A stretch of 64,000 bases of DNA. It comes from an uncultured candidate division Zixibacteria bacterium. GTDB taxonomy: Bacteria; Zixibacteria; MSB-5A5; UBA10806. A model generated the notes under the pieces. It was not told the origin of the DNA and did not search any database. It saw nothing but the letters and a program-made list of their open reading frames with translations. The translations under genes and the position numbers were made by a program. This document shows positions 44,755-54,167 of the stretch, in pieces; within the stretch, counting starts at the first letter, position 1, and every line of letters begins with the position of its first letter. Where the stretch lies: the NCBI GenBank assembly GCA_963801605.1, contig CAWDFP010000002.1, forward strand, positions 2,463-66,462, given 5' to 3'.

Positions 44755-45999
44755 CTAATCCACCTGCCTGGGTTTTTGATCTTGCAGTAGTCCATCAAAA
44801 AGTTTGCGGTAAAGTCCGAAAATGCGATCGGGCGCAAATCGGCGAAGAGTATATTCGGCGGCTCGTCCGCGAAGTGTTTCGAGCTTGAGATGATCATCGA
44901 GAAGCGCCATGATGATTCCGAGCATGCCGCCATTATCACCCTCGGGAACACAAAAACCATTTTGGCCATCGGATACCGCATCGAGAATACCCTCAATACC
45001 GGACGCCACCACAGGAACGCCGCGGACGGCGGCCTCCAATACAACCAATCCGAACCCTTCCATATCGCCTTCGACGGTGACGTTGGGCATAATGAACAGG
45101 TCTGCTGCCGCGTAGATATATTCCTTTAGTTCCTGAGAGACTCCGTTGAGATAGAAAATTCGAGGATGAGCGCTCAAGCGCACCAGATCATCATGCATGC
45201 TGTAAGAGCCAGCGGCCAATTGAAGGTATCGATGCAACTTCTCTCCCAAAAGCGGTCTGATAGATCCGAGCCAGACCGGCGTTTTGGGTTTGGGGCCGGC
45301 CACGATATAAATATAATCATCAGGCAAATGAGGGAAAACATCGGTGATAAACCGATCAAATCCCTTGCGTTTGACCGGTCTGCCGATACTTATCAATACT
45401 TTTTTTTGACGAAGGTCTATTCCGATCTCTCGCTGTAATCGGCCATACAGCGCCTCGTTTTTAGGGATATGGGTTGGAGCTTTTTCAGCCGCGGGAGGAA
45501 TGATCTCAATTTTGGAGGGATGGATTCCCCGTCGCTTAACCTGCTCCGCGGTAGCCCGGCTGATTGTGGTGATTTTATCGAGTTTTTCTAAAGCGCTGCA
45601 AAGCTGTTCCTGATACCAGGGGATCGGCAGGATCAAATCCAGACCATGAACCGCGCCGACAACTTTTTTATCCGATGTAGATCGAATTCTCCCGCCTGTC
45701 AAGCAGGTGAAAGCATCGTCACAATGCACCAGGGCGGCATCGCTCCGACTTGTTTTATAGTTGAAAAGCGGAATTGAAAGCGGCATCGCCCAATCAGGGC
45801 CTTTCCAAATTATCTTTCGGATATCGTAGTACCGGGAAAGCCCGTCGATTAATATGGTGCTGAGACGCTGGACGCCTCCGACCCCTGCCGGATTTTGACG
45901 AAGTAAAAAAATTACTTTGGGATTGAGCAGATCAGTCGGGGGTGCGGTTGGAGACTCTGTTACAACTCTATAATTATCGATTAAGATTTTATGCGGCAA
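44755..45999 (-). CDS. Glycosyltransferase family 4 (GT-B)
   Basis: MPNVTVEGDMEGFGLVVLEAAVRGVPVVASGIEGILDAVSDGQNGFCV. Confidence 0.85.
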   Translation of the reverse strand: MPHKILIDNYRVVTESPTAPPTDLLNPKVIFLLRQNPAGVGGVQRLSTILIDGLSRYYDIRKIIWKGPDWAMPLSIPLFNYKTSRSDAALVHCDDAFTCLTGGRIRSTSDKKVVGAVHGLDLILPIPWYQEQLCSALEKLDKITTISRATAEQVKRRGIHPSKIEIIPPAAEKAPTHIPKNEALYGRLQREIGIDLRQKKVLISIGRPVKRKGFDRFITDVFPHLPDDYIYIVAGPKPKTPVWLGSIRPLLGEKLHRYLQLAAGSYSMHDDLVRLSAHPRIFYLNGVSQELKEYIYAAADLFIMPNVTVEGDMEGFGLVVLEAAVRGVPVVASGIEGILDAVSDGQNGFCVPEGDNGGMLGIIMALLDDHLKLETLRGRAAEYTLRRFAPDRIFGLYRKLFDGLLQDQKPRQVD

Positions 46000-46037
46000 A
46001 ATAAACCCTCGTCTCTACCAAAGAATAATCAAAAATA

Positions 46038-47228
46038 TTATAACCGTCGCGCCTTAATAATATTCGGTTCAAATATCGAATCCAAAACCGATTCCGTACC
46101 ATTATTGGATTTACCGTCGGCGATAAGTTCCTCATAGCCGCGGAAGAGCGCTCGGTTAACCTCCCGCCAGCTCCGGCGTGACGCATATTCCTGGGCTTTA
46201 ACGGAAAGAGAGTTTCGTAAAAATTCGTTGGTCAGCAATAGTCCCATTTTTGACGCCAGATCCTCGGCATCTTTAGGAATGGTTTGGAAGCCGGTTTCGC
46301 CATCCTGCACCAAATCCATGACTCCGCCCTCGGCGGCTACCACGCAGGGAAGGCCCGAGGCAGCAGCTTCCAGGACCACATTGCCGAAAGATTCGGTTGT
46401 CGATGGGAATACGAAGATATCGGCTGAGGCATAGGCTCGCGAAAGCTCCTCGCCGCGCATAAAACCGGCCAGGATCGCCTCCGGCAAAACCCTGGCAAGT
46501 TCATTTCTGAGAGGTCCATCACCGACAAACACAAGTTTGAAATCAATTTCTTTTTCTTTTAAGATTCCAAAAGCCTTGATGAGTGTCTCAATATCCTTTT
46601 CCTTAACCAGCCTTCCGGTATAAAGCGCCACCGGGCTACCATCGGGAGACCACTTTTTATGCAATGATGCATCGGCGAAAAGGGGCGAAAAGGATTTCGT
46701 ATCTATGCCGCGTTGCCAGAGGGCTAATCGTTCAAAGCCATGACTTTTCAATTCCTCGATAGTTGCGTTGGATGGTACGAATGTCATCGCCCCTTTGTTA
46801 TAAAACCAGCGTAAGTAATCCCATCCGAACCATTCTATTTTCCCAAAGCCATAATATTTCAAATATGATACGAATCTGGTATGATATGAGTTGACAGCCG
46901 GAATGCCCCGTTCTCTGGCATAGTTGTAAGCGGCCATCCCCATGAAAAAGGGGCTGACGATGTGAACGATATCGGGTTTGAATTTATCCAGTGCAGTTCT
47001 AATATCGTGAAAAACCGGCAAGCCCACGCGGTATTTGGTGTAAAACGGAAAGGGAACCGAAATAACCTCAACTACTTTGCCGCGCCAGCCATCAACACCG
47101 GGTGTGATGGGGGAGAGGAAGAGAAAATCGTGACCTTCATCGGTGAGGGACGCTTTAAGATGCGACAGGGTATGCGTTACGCCATCGATAAAAGGCGGTA
47201 ATACTTCCGTAAAGTAAGCGATTCTCAA
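46038..47228 (-). CDS. Glycosyltransferase family 4 (GT-B)
   Basis: TTG start with an upstream GGAG. MRIAYFTEVLPPFIDGV, and FPSTTESFGNVVLEAAASGLPCVVAAEGGVMDLVQDGETGF. Confidence 0.9.
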   Translation of the reverse strand: MRIAYFTEVLPPFIDGVTHTLSHLKASLTDEGHDFLFLSPITPGVDGWRGKVVEVISVPFPFYTKYRVGLPVFHDIRTALDKFKPDIVHIVSPFFMGMAAYNYARERGIPAVNSYHTRFVSYLKYYGFGKIEWFGWDYLRWFYNKGAMTFVPSNATIEELKSHGFERLALWQRGIDTKSFSPLFADASLHKKWSPDGSPVALYTGRLVKEKDIETLIKAFGILKEKEIDFKLVFVGDGPLRNELARVLPEAILAGFMRGEELSRAYASADIFVFPSTTESFGNVVLEAAASGLPCVVAAEGGVMDLVQDGETGFQTIPKDAEDLASKMGLLLTNEFLRNSLSVKAQEYASRRSWREVNRALFRGYEELIADGKSNNGTESVLDSIFEPNIIKARRL

Positions 47229-47320
47229 TGAAGATTCTCCGTACTAAATCGTTCAAGAATATTCCAGGATATTACCAAATCCCCTGGCAAATGAACCAGC
47301 CAATCCGAATAGAGTAGCGC

Positions 47321-48412
47321 TTATCCTTTCCTTTTTTCAATGCGTTGCAGGACACCCTTTATAAGAAACGCCAATACCGAGGTGGCATCGTCTCTGACTT
47401 CGGCATACTGTCCACCCTCGGATTCCGGTACGAATTTGGCCCATGATACGCCCTCGCGATAAGAACATCCGGACAGGCCACCCCAGTGATCCGGTTCGGG
47501 ACAGATTCGAACGCCGCGCGAATATTTTTTTGGCTTTACGGGCAATCCCTCAAGATACATGATATCGAAAAATGGCGTAATCTGCTGGCCCCAATTGCGA
47601 GGAACTCCGCCGCCAATGGTAAAGATGCTCAAAGAGCCTTGATGATTATAGACGCGCCTGGCGAAATCAAAAACATCGACAAAGGTATTAAATGGCGGCA
47701 CGACCGTTTGCGCAAATGGTTTTTCAAGAAAGGACTTGCTGCTTCGAAGCGCTTTCATCAGGATATCGAGGCTTAATTCGCTATCGGTAAAGGCCGGCAC
47801 ATAGACCGGTACGCCCGCTTTGAAAGCCGACGATAGCATGCCCCGCTGATCCGGATAAAGCTCGGTGAGCAGTTCACCCAATCGTCGGAAAAACTCAGCC
47901 GACCCGGTAACCGGCGATTTGCCGTCGAGAGCGGGTATCAAACGGTCATAGTATTTGGCGATAGTTTTTGAAGTATGCTCAAATGAAACTTCGAGTTCGA
48001 TAGTATCATAAACACGACACATACCTTCCTCATATAGAATAGCATCATCCTTTGAGGGGGCCTTGAAATGCGCCCCTTTCATACCCTCAGTAAGGCCGTG
48101 AGTGACCAGGGCACCCGTTGATACGATAGCATCCACATAACCACGGTCGATAAGTTCGCATATAATTAGGCCCTGTTTGGCGACACTCATGGCGCCGCTT
48201 AAGGTCAGGACCGTAAAATCATTGGGATCGGTAAAAACATCGGTCAGGATTCTGGCAGCCTCTCCGAGCTGCCGTCCGCTAAACGATGTTTTTTCCATGG
48301 CCGCCAGAGCATCGTCGAAATCGTCGATTTTATTGAGATCGATCGGTTCCAGCGGCTCCAGCCCCTCACCTTTGGTAAAGGCTGTTTTTTCTCTCTTTAA
48401 TTCCATTATCAA
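47321..48412 (-). CDS. Deoxyhypusine synthase family protein (bacterial DHS-like, possible homospermidine synthase)
   Basis: SFSGRQLGEAARIL, LTLSGAMSVAKQGLIICELIDRGYVDAIVSTGALVTHGL, IFTIGGGVPRNW and VRICPEPDHWGGLSG follow the DHS fold pattern. Confidence 0.8.
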   Translation of the reverse strand: MIMELKREKTAFTKGEGLEPLEPIDLNKIDDFDDALAAMEKTSFSGRQLGEAARILTDVFTDPNDFTVLTLSGAMSVAKQGLIICELIDRGYVDAIVSTGALVTHGLTEGMKGAHFKAPSKDDAILYEEGMCRVYDTIELEVSFEHTSKTIAKYYDRLIPALDGKSPVTGSAEFFRRLGELLTELYPDQRGMLSSAFKAGVPVYVPAFTDSELSLDILMKALRSSKSFLEKPFAQTVVPPFNTFVDVFDFARRVYNHQGSLSIFTIGGGVPRNWGQQITPFFDIMYLEGLPVKPKKYSRGVRICPEPDHWGGLSGCSYREGVSWAKFVPESEGGQYAEVRDDATSVLAFLIKGVLQRIEKRKG

Positions 48413-48570
48413 TCCATCATTAAAACATTAATAACTTCAAAAAACGCTCAATCGGTTTTCCGTAAATCGAAAATTTACAAGGTAATTATATTAAACGAAT
48501 GTGTTACTATTATCAAGCAAAAAAGGGCTGCGTTTTGCCCCTCGGAATCTTTTAGGCGAAAATCGAGATA

Positions 48571-49929
48571 TTAGGCCCCTTCTCCCATACCGTATTCCTG
48601 AAGCTTGTTGCGCAGAGTACGAGTGGTAATACCAAGCAGCTCGGCGGTTTTGGTGCGGTTGCCGGCATTGGCTTTGAGCGTTTTGATTATCAGCATTTTC
48701 TCGGCATTGCCGATTGTGGTGCCAACATCGAGACCGCCTTTGCTTAGCTCCGCTATACCGGTTGAGATATCGGGCGGGAAATCCGATATCACAAGCTCCT
48801 GGTTTCTCGAAATAACCGTGGTGCGTTCGATAATATTTTCAAGCTCCCGAACATTTCCCGGCCAGGGATAAGTCATCAAGGCCGCAAGAGCCTTCTCAGA
48901 GAGAATCTTTGGCGGGATACCCATCTTTTGCGCAAACTTGCTCAGGAAATATTCGCATAGGAGCGGGATATCCTCCTGCCTCTGCCTCAGGGGAGGAAGC
49001 TCTATTGGAATAACGTTGAGGCGATAGAAGAGATCGTCGCGGAAATTCCCTTTGGCGACCTCATCTTTCAAATCTCTATTTGAGGTGGCAATTACACGCA
49101 CGTTAGTTTTAATGCTCTGTCCCGACCCGATTCGTTCAAACTCACGCTCCTGTAAGACTCGAAGCAGCTTAGCCTGAAGACCCTGACGAATTTCCGAAAT
49201 TTCATCAAGCAGAAGAGTACCGCCGTCGGCAAGTTCGAACCTGCCCCGAGTGGAACGGATAGCGCCCGTAAAGGCGCCCTTTTCGTGGCCGAACAATTCG
49301 GATTCAATCAGCCCTTCGGGCAATGCGGCGCAATTCATCTTGATAAACGGCCCGCCGGCCCGTGACGAGTTATAATGAATGGCTTTGGCTACAAGCTCCT
49401 TGCCGGTGCCGGATTCACCACTGATGAGGATAGTTGAATCGGCAGGGCTGGCCCGCTGAATGAGATCGAAAACCATCCTCATGGGGGCGGCTTTACCGAT
49501 GATATTTTCGTACGAATATTTTTCGCTGATTTCGCGGCGCAGGATTCGGTTTTCAAGCTTGAGAGATTGATACTCTAAGGCTTTAGAAACCACCAACTCG
49601 ATTTGATCCGGGCTCATTGGTTTGGTCAGGTAGTCATGGGCGCCGAGTTTCATAGCTCCGACCGCATGCTCGATAGTGCCAAAGGCCGTAATGATGATGA
49701 CACGGCAATCGGGCCAGAGGCGAGTGGCTTCTTTGAGAACATCCAAACCGGAGATACCGGGCATCTTGTAGTCGGTGATGACCAGATCATATTCGCCGCG
49801 TTCCAGATATTCCAAGGCCTTCTCGCCGCTCTCGACAGTTAGCGGGGCGTGGCCCATACGGATTAGAACCTCGGAAACAAAATCGCGAACGATCGCTTCA
49901 TCATCGACTATCAGTATCTTATGTTTCAC
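48571..49929 (-). CDS. Sigma54-dependent response regulator (NtrC/AtoC family)
   Basis: Receiver KILIVDDE...DLVITDYKMPG, AAA+ GESGTGKE, GAFTGA and ESELFGHEKGAFTGA, and a C-terminal Fis-type HTH AGNRTKTAELLGITTRTLRNKL. The likely GTG start at 49929 overlaps the kinase stop by 11 nt. Confidence 0.9.
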   Translation of the reverse strand: MKHKILIVDDEAIVRDFVSEVLIRMGHAPLTVESGEKALEYLERGEYDLVITDYKMPGISGLDVLKEATRLWPDCRVIIITAFGTIEHAVGAMKLGAHDYLTKPMSPDQIELVVSKALEYQSLKLENRILRREISEKYSYENIIGKAAPMRMVFDLIQRASPADSTILISGESGTGKELVAKAIHYNSSRAGGPFIKMNCAALPEGLIESELFGHEKGAFTGAIRSTRGRFELADGGTLLLDEISEIRQGLQAKLLRVLQEREFERIGSGQSIKTNVRVIATSNRDLKDEVAKGNFRDDLFYRLNVIPIELPPLRQRQEDIPLLCEYFLSKFAQKMGIPPKILSEKALAALMTYPWPGNVRELENIIERTTVISRNQELVISDFPPDISTGIAELSKGGLDVGTTIGNAEKMLIIKTLKANAGNRTKTAELLGITTRTLRNKLQEYGMGEGA

Positions 49930-50230
49930 GCAAATCCCCAACTGTCCTATCCGGTATTTCGATAACGAAGCGCGCTCCACCCTCGGCCTTGTTTTGAGCG
50001 GAAACTTTGCCTCCGTGGAGTTCGATCAGTTTTTTAACAGTAGCTAAGCCTAAGCCCGTGCCGTCGGCCCTGGTAGTGTAAAAAGGAGTGAAGATTTTGT
50101 CAATGGCATCTTTAGGGATACCGGGACCGTCATCGTCCACAATAAGATTTAATTCGCCGGAATTAGAACGCTTGATTGTCAATTTAATATCGCCCGCCAT
50201 TGGGATTAGCCTGCATGGCGTTTTTGACAA
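49919..50230 (-). pseudogene. Sensor histidine kinase, C-terminal (HATPase_c) fragment; the whole gene spans 49919-51174 with two homopolymer frameshifts
   Basis: VDDDGPGIP, FTPFYTTRADGTGLGLATVKKLIELHGG. The frame break is at CCC 50193-50195 (plus strand). Confidence 0.85.
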
Positions 50231-50232
50231 GA

Positions 50233-51174
50233 TTAAATACCACCATCCGGAAAAGCTGGGGATCGAGATTGGCCTGTAAGATGCCTCGAGCTGGATTCAA
50301 CCTTGATTGAATGCGAATGGACTTTCTCCGCAGCCTGCAGATCGGTGACAGCGTCAGAGATCACGGAAACGGCATCAACCTCGGCAATGGATGGCGTAAC
50401 GCTTCGAGTATAATCAAGCAGGCTGGCAACGATGCTGTTTAAGGACGTCACACCCTGGTTGATCTTTTCCACCAGCCTACGGTCCGGGCTGTCTTTATCG
50501 AGATCTCGAAGAAGGAGCGCGGTAAATCCTGCGATTCCCGAAAGAGGATTACGGATTTCATGCGCCACGGTGGCCGCCATTTCGCCCAGCGCGGCCAGAG
50601 TGGAGACCTGTTTGAGATTATCCTCAAGCCTTTTAATTTCGGATAGATTATAGAGGATTATCACCAGCCCCGATTGATCTTCGGAGCTTTCCTGCCGAAG
50701 CCTGGTTATCGAATAGGCCAGAGGCGGTTTGGGGTTATCGGTCGCCAAGAGATTCAATTCGCCGGTGGCGGCTCCATTTTCGCTAATCAGAAGCTCCAAC
50801 GCCCGAAGAGAATTGCCCAGATTGAGAATGCTATCGAGCTTTTGGCCTAGGGCCGATTCGGCCTTTACGCCGGTATATTTTTCGGCGGCGGAGTTGAATA
50901 CGTTGATAGTGCCGGCCTGATCGGTAACAATGACCGCGGAATCGAGGCTTTCGAGAATATTGTTGAGGTAATGGGTCAGACGGTTGCGCTCACAGAGCGA
51001 ACTTCGCAAAAGTTCATTGACCCGCGCCAACCGGGAATTGATATCCTCGTATTGCGCCTCGAGCCTGGTGTAGGAATCGCGCAGTACCTGGGTAAAATTT
51101 CCCATAGTGGAAAAAGATTCTGCGATTTTTTCTAAAATTTCGAGTTCATCGTCTTTGATGCTCATAATATCCAA
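50233..51174 (-). pseudogene. Sensor histidine kinase, N-terminal fragment (coiled region, PAS, HisKA)
   Basis: PAS-like LDSAVIVTDQAGTINVFNSAAEKYTG, and H-box MAATVAHEIRNPLSGI. The frame break is at TTT 50323-50325. The middle piece, SIRIQSRLNPARGILQANLDPQLFRMVVFNLVKNAMQANPNGG, is in the third frame. Confidence 0.85.
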
Positions 51175-51343
51175 TTGTAATACAAGATCACTATCTTTTT
51201 CAACTTAAATCTTGGATAAAGGGATGAATGATTAAAATTAGTACAAATTATTATGATATATAAAGAGTTATAGAATACAATAATTGCAAGGTCCATTTGA
51301 ACATGATCGTCTTGCTTTCAACGGACCAATAAACCAGCGCCAA

Positions 51344-54148
51344 CTATTTATTTCGCACGGCGGCCAGCCAGTCTTTAATCGACCTGGAAATCTCGTCGGG
51401 GGATTTACATCTATACTTTGTTCCGCCGACTGAGTTAAGGAAGGTTCGTCCGAAGCCGCTGGTTTCGACTCGGCTATCGAGCAGCACGACGCAGCCGCGG
51501 TCTTTGGAGGTGCGTATCAACCGTCCGAACCCCTGACGAAACTTCACTACAGCCTCCGGAAGCGATAATTTGGCAAAGGAACTTTCGCCGTTTTTTTCGA
51601 TGCGCTCCAGGTTAGCCTTGAACCATGGCCTGTCAGGCACCGTAAAGGGGAGCTTGAAGAGAATCAGAAGCTCCAGAAGCTCACCGGGCAGGTCGACACC
51701 CTCCCAGAATGTATCGGTGCCGAAAAGTACCGCTCGCCGGGCGGCCTTGAATCTTCGGAAAATTCTATCGGAGCTATGAGAACCATCCTGAAAAAATAAC
51801 TCGATTCCGGCATTCTCCAGAAGACTCCTGAGGCTCTCCGCCGAGTTACGGAGCGACCTGTACGATGTAAACAGCACCATCGATTTTTTGGCCCCGGAGA
51901 GGAGAATTGTCTCCAGCGAAAGATTGGCGGCAGTCTCGAATTCCGCTACTTTCGGCGATGGCAGGAATCCTGCCGAAATCACCGCCACCTGCGAATTGAT
52001 GTCGAAGGGCGAATCGAGGCAGACTGTCATGATCCGCTCTTTGGAGCCGCTATCAAGGCCCAGCCGACGGATAATATATTCGAAACTTTTTTCGATTGTC
52101 AGAGTTGCCGATGTGAAAACCGCCGCTTTGAGGTGATCATAGAAATTTTTATCGAGAAGCTTGCCGACATCGAGAGGGGCTGAAATAAAGCGGGAGGCAT
52201 GTCGGGGTGAGGATGATTTTTCCGCCCAGTAAATAAATTCATCATCGGATGCGAACAGGACATCGCTGGCGACCCTCTTAAAATCTGCGAGGTCGGCGGC
52301 AAAGGCCTCCAAACGCACGATGGATTCGCGCCGTTTTGGGAGGCTTTCCCTGTCGCGAACCGCCTCTGCAAGCTCCTCCAACCTATCTAAAAGGATTCCC
52401 AATGATTCAATCAAATCCTCGCGCTCAGCAATATCGCAGGGATTGTTTTCTGCTGTATACGGAATTTCGCGAGCGTCATTATTTGCCGAACTGATCCTGA
52501 CTGTCGCAAAAAACTGATTCGAAGCTAAATTCACCTTGATAACACCATCGATAGCAGATTCAACCAACGGCAAAAGTTCATCGTCATTGGCGCGATACAT
52601 CAGGACGGCCCGTAGATTTGGCAGAAATCCCGATTGGGTTGGACGGGAGGTGTAGATATCGGAAAGGATGCCATCGAGATTGCGCTTATCGACTGCGCTT
52701 CCCAAATAAGACGCTGCGATCTTTTCGAGATTATGAGCCTCATCGAAAATGATATTGCCCGCGCTCAGAGCCAACTCTCCTCCGGAGGAGAAATCGGCAA
52801 AAGTGAGATGATGGTTGGTCACGACAATTTGCGCGGCCTGGGCCTCACGTCTGATTTTGAGCAGGAAACATTTATCGGCAAAACGGCAGCCCTGCCCCAG
52901 GCAAAAGCTGCCCTCGCATGAAATTCTGCTCCAGAGATAATGGTTATGCGAGGGATTGAATCCGTTACATTCGGAGATATCGCCGGTTTTAGTATTATCC
53001 ACCCAGAGCGATAGAGCGGCCAGGGCTTCCCTGTCGCGCCTCTCGAATGAAATTTCAGCCTCAGGCAGAAGCTCCATATATTTATGAAGACAGATATAAT
53101 TTCCTTTGCCCTTCAGTAATACCGCCTGGAATTTATATCCGACCGCCTGTTGAATTTGAGGCAAATCCTTGTAGAAAAGTTGTGATTGCAGGCTTTTAGT
53201 TTGAGTCGAAATCATCACGCGTTCGTGGTTTTGCGATGCCCACCAACTGGCGGGCAGGAGATAAGCCAGTGATTTTCCAACGCCGGTCGGCGCCTCGCAT
53301 AAAAGGAACTCCGAACGATTGAAAGTTTCTGCCACCCTGACAGCCATCGTCGCCTGCTGGGTGCGATATTCAAAGAAAGGGATCTGCTTTGAGATCAAAC
53401 CGCCCTTTTTGAAACAGTTTTCGACCGCGGCGATATCAACGGGAATGTAATCCTCATACTTTGTTTCCGGCAGTTCTCCAACGACATTGTCGGGATAGAA
53501 GTTGGCCTCGATCTCCTGTTGAGGAGTGGGGGAGACGGTTGGCGGTATTTGAATAGTCTTAATTGCCTTTATCGATTGCCGGAAATAATCGAGATTGTCC
53601 GCTCCAAGGAGGAGCCGTCCGATAGATTCCCTGTCACCGAGGTCAAGCGATGCCAGATGTGTGAGGAGACGCAGATAGATTTCGGCGGTGGCCAGGCAAT
53701 CGTCAAGCGCCCGATGCGCCCTCTTGCGGGAAATCTGAAAATGACCGGCCAGCGATGCCAGGCTGTAACGCGCCAGCCGCGGGAAAAGAATTCTCGAAAG
53801 CGAGCCGGTGTCCATGACCCGCGGTTCGAAAAGCGCAAATTTGCTTTTGGGCATCTGCGGTTTGATAAAACCAAGATCGAATGAAACGTTGTGCCCAACA
53901 ATCCAGGGGGAGCTTTCCAGTATTTTTTGATATTTATCGAAAATGAGACTTATGGGCGGAGATGTTTGAACCATCTCGTTATCGATACCGGTCAGAGCCG
54001 TTATTTCGGAAGGGATGGGTTCGCTCGGGTTTAACCAGTTCGGAGAATTGTTCGACAAGCTCTCCGTTAACAAAACGTACTGCTCCCAATTCGATGATCT
54101 CACAGGAGACGGGATCGAGGCCGGTTGTCTCGAGATCAATAGCGACAA
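51344..54148 (-). pseudogene. dinG: Bifunctional DEDDh 3'-5' exonuclease / DinG-XPD family Fe-S helicase, main fragment; the gene spans 51344-54167
   Basis: Exo motifs HNVSFDLGF and HRALDDC. Helicase motifs EAPTGVGKSLAYLLP, DEAH (IFDEAHNLE) and four Cys (CNG...C...C...C) for an Fe-S cluster. The real coding part of this ORF begins near 54030. Confidence 0.85.
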
Positions 54149-54167
54149 ATGAATCGAAACCGCTCAT
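53979..54167 (-). pseudogene. dinG: N-terminal fragment of the exonuclease-DinG gene (ExoI motif)
   Basis: MSGFDSFVAIDLETTGLDP. Removing one A from the AAA run (plus-strand TTT 54029-54031) joins it to NPSEPIPSEITALTGI in the long ORF. The ATG overlaps the ALDH stop (ATGA). Confidence 0.8.
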
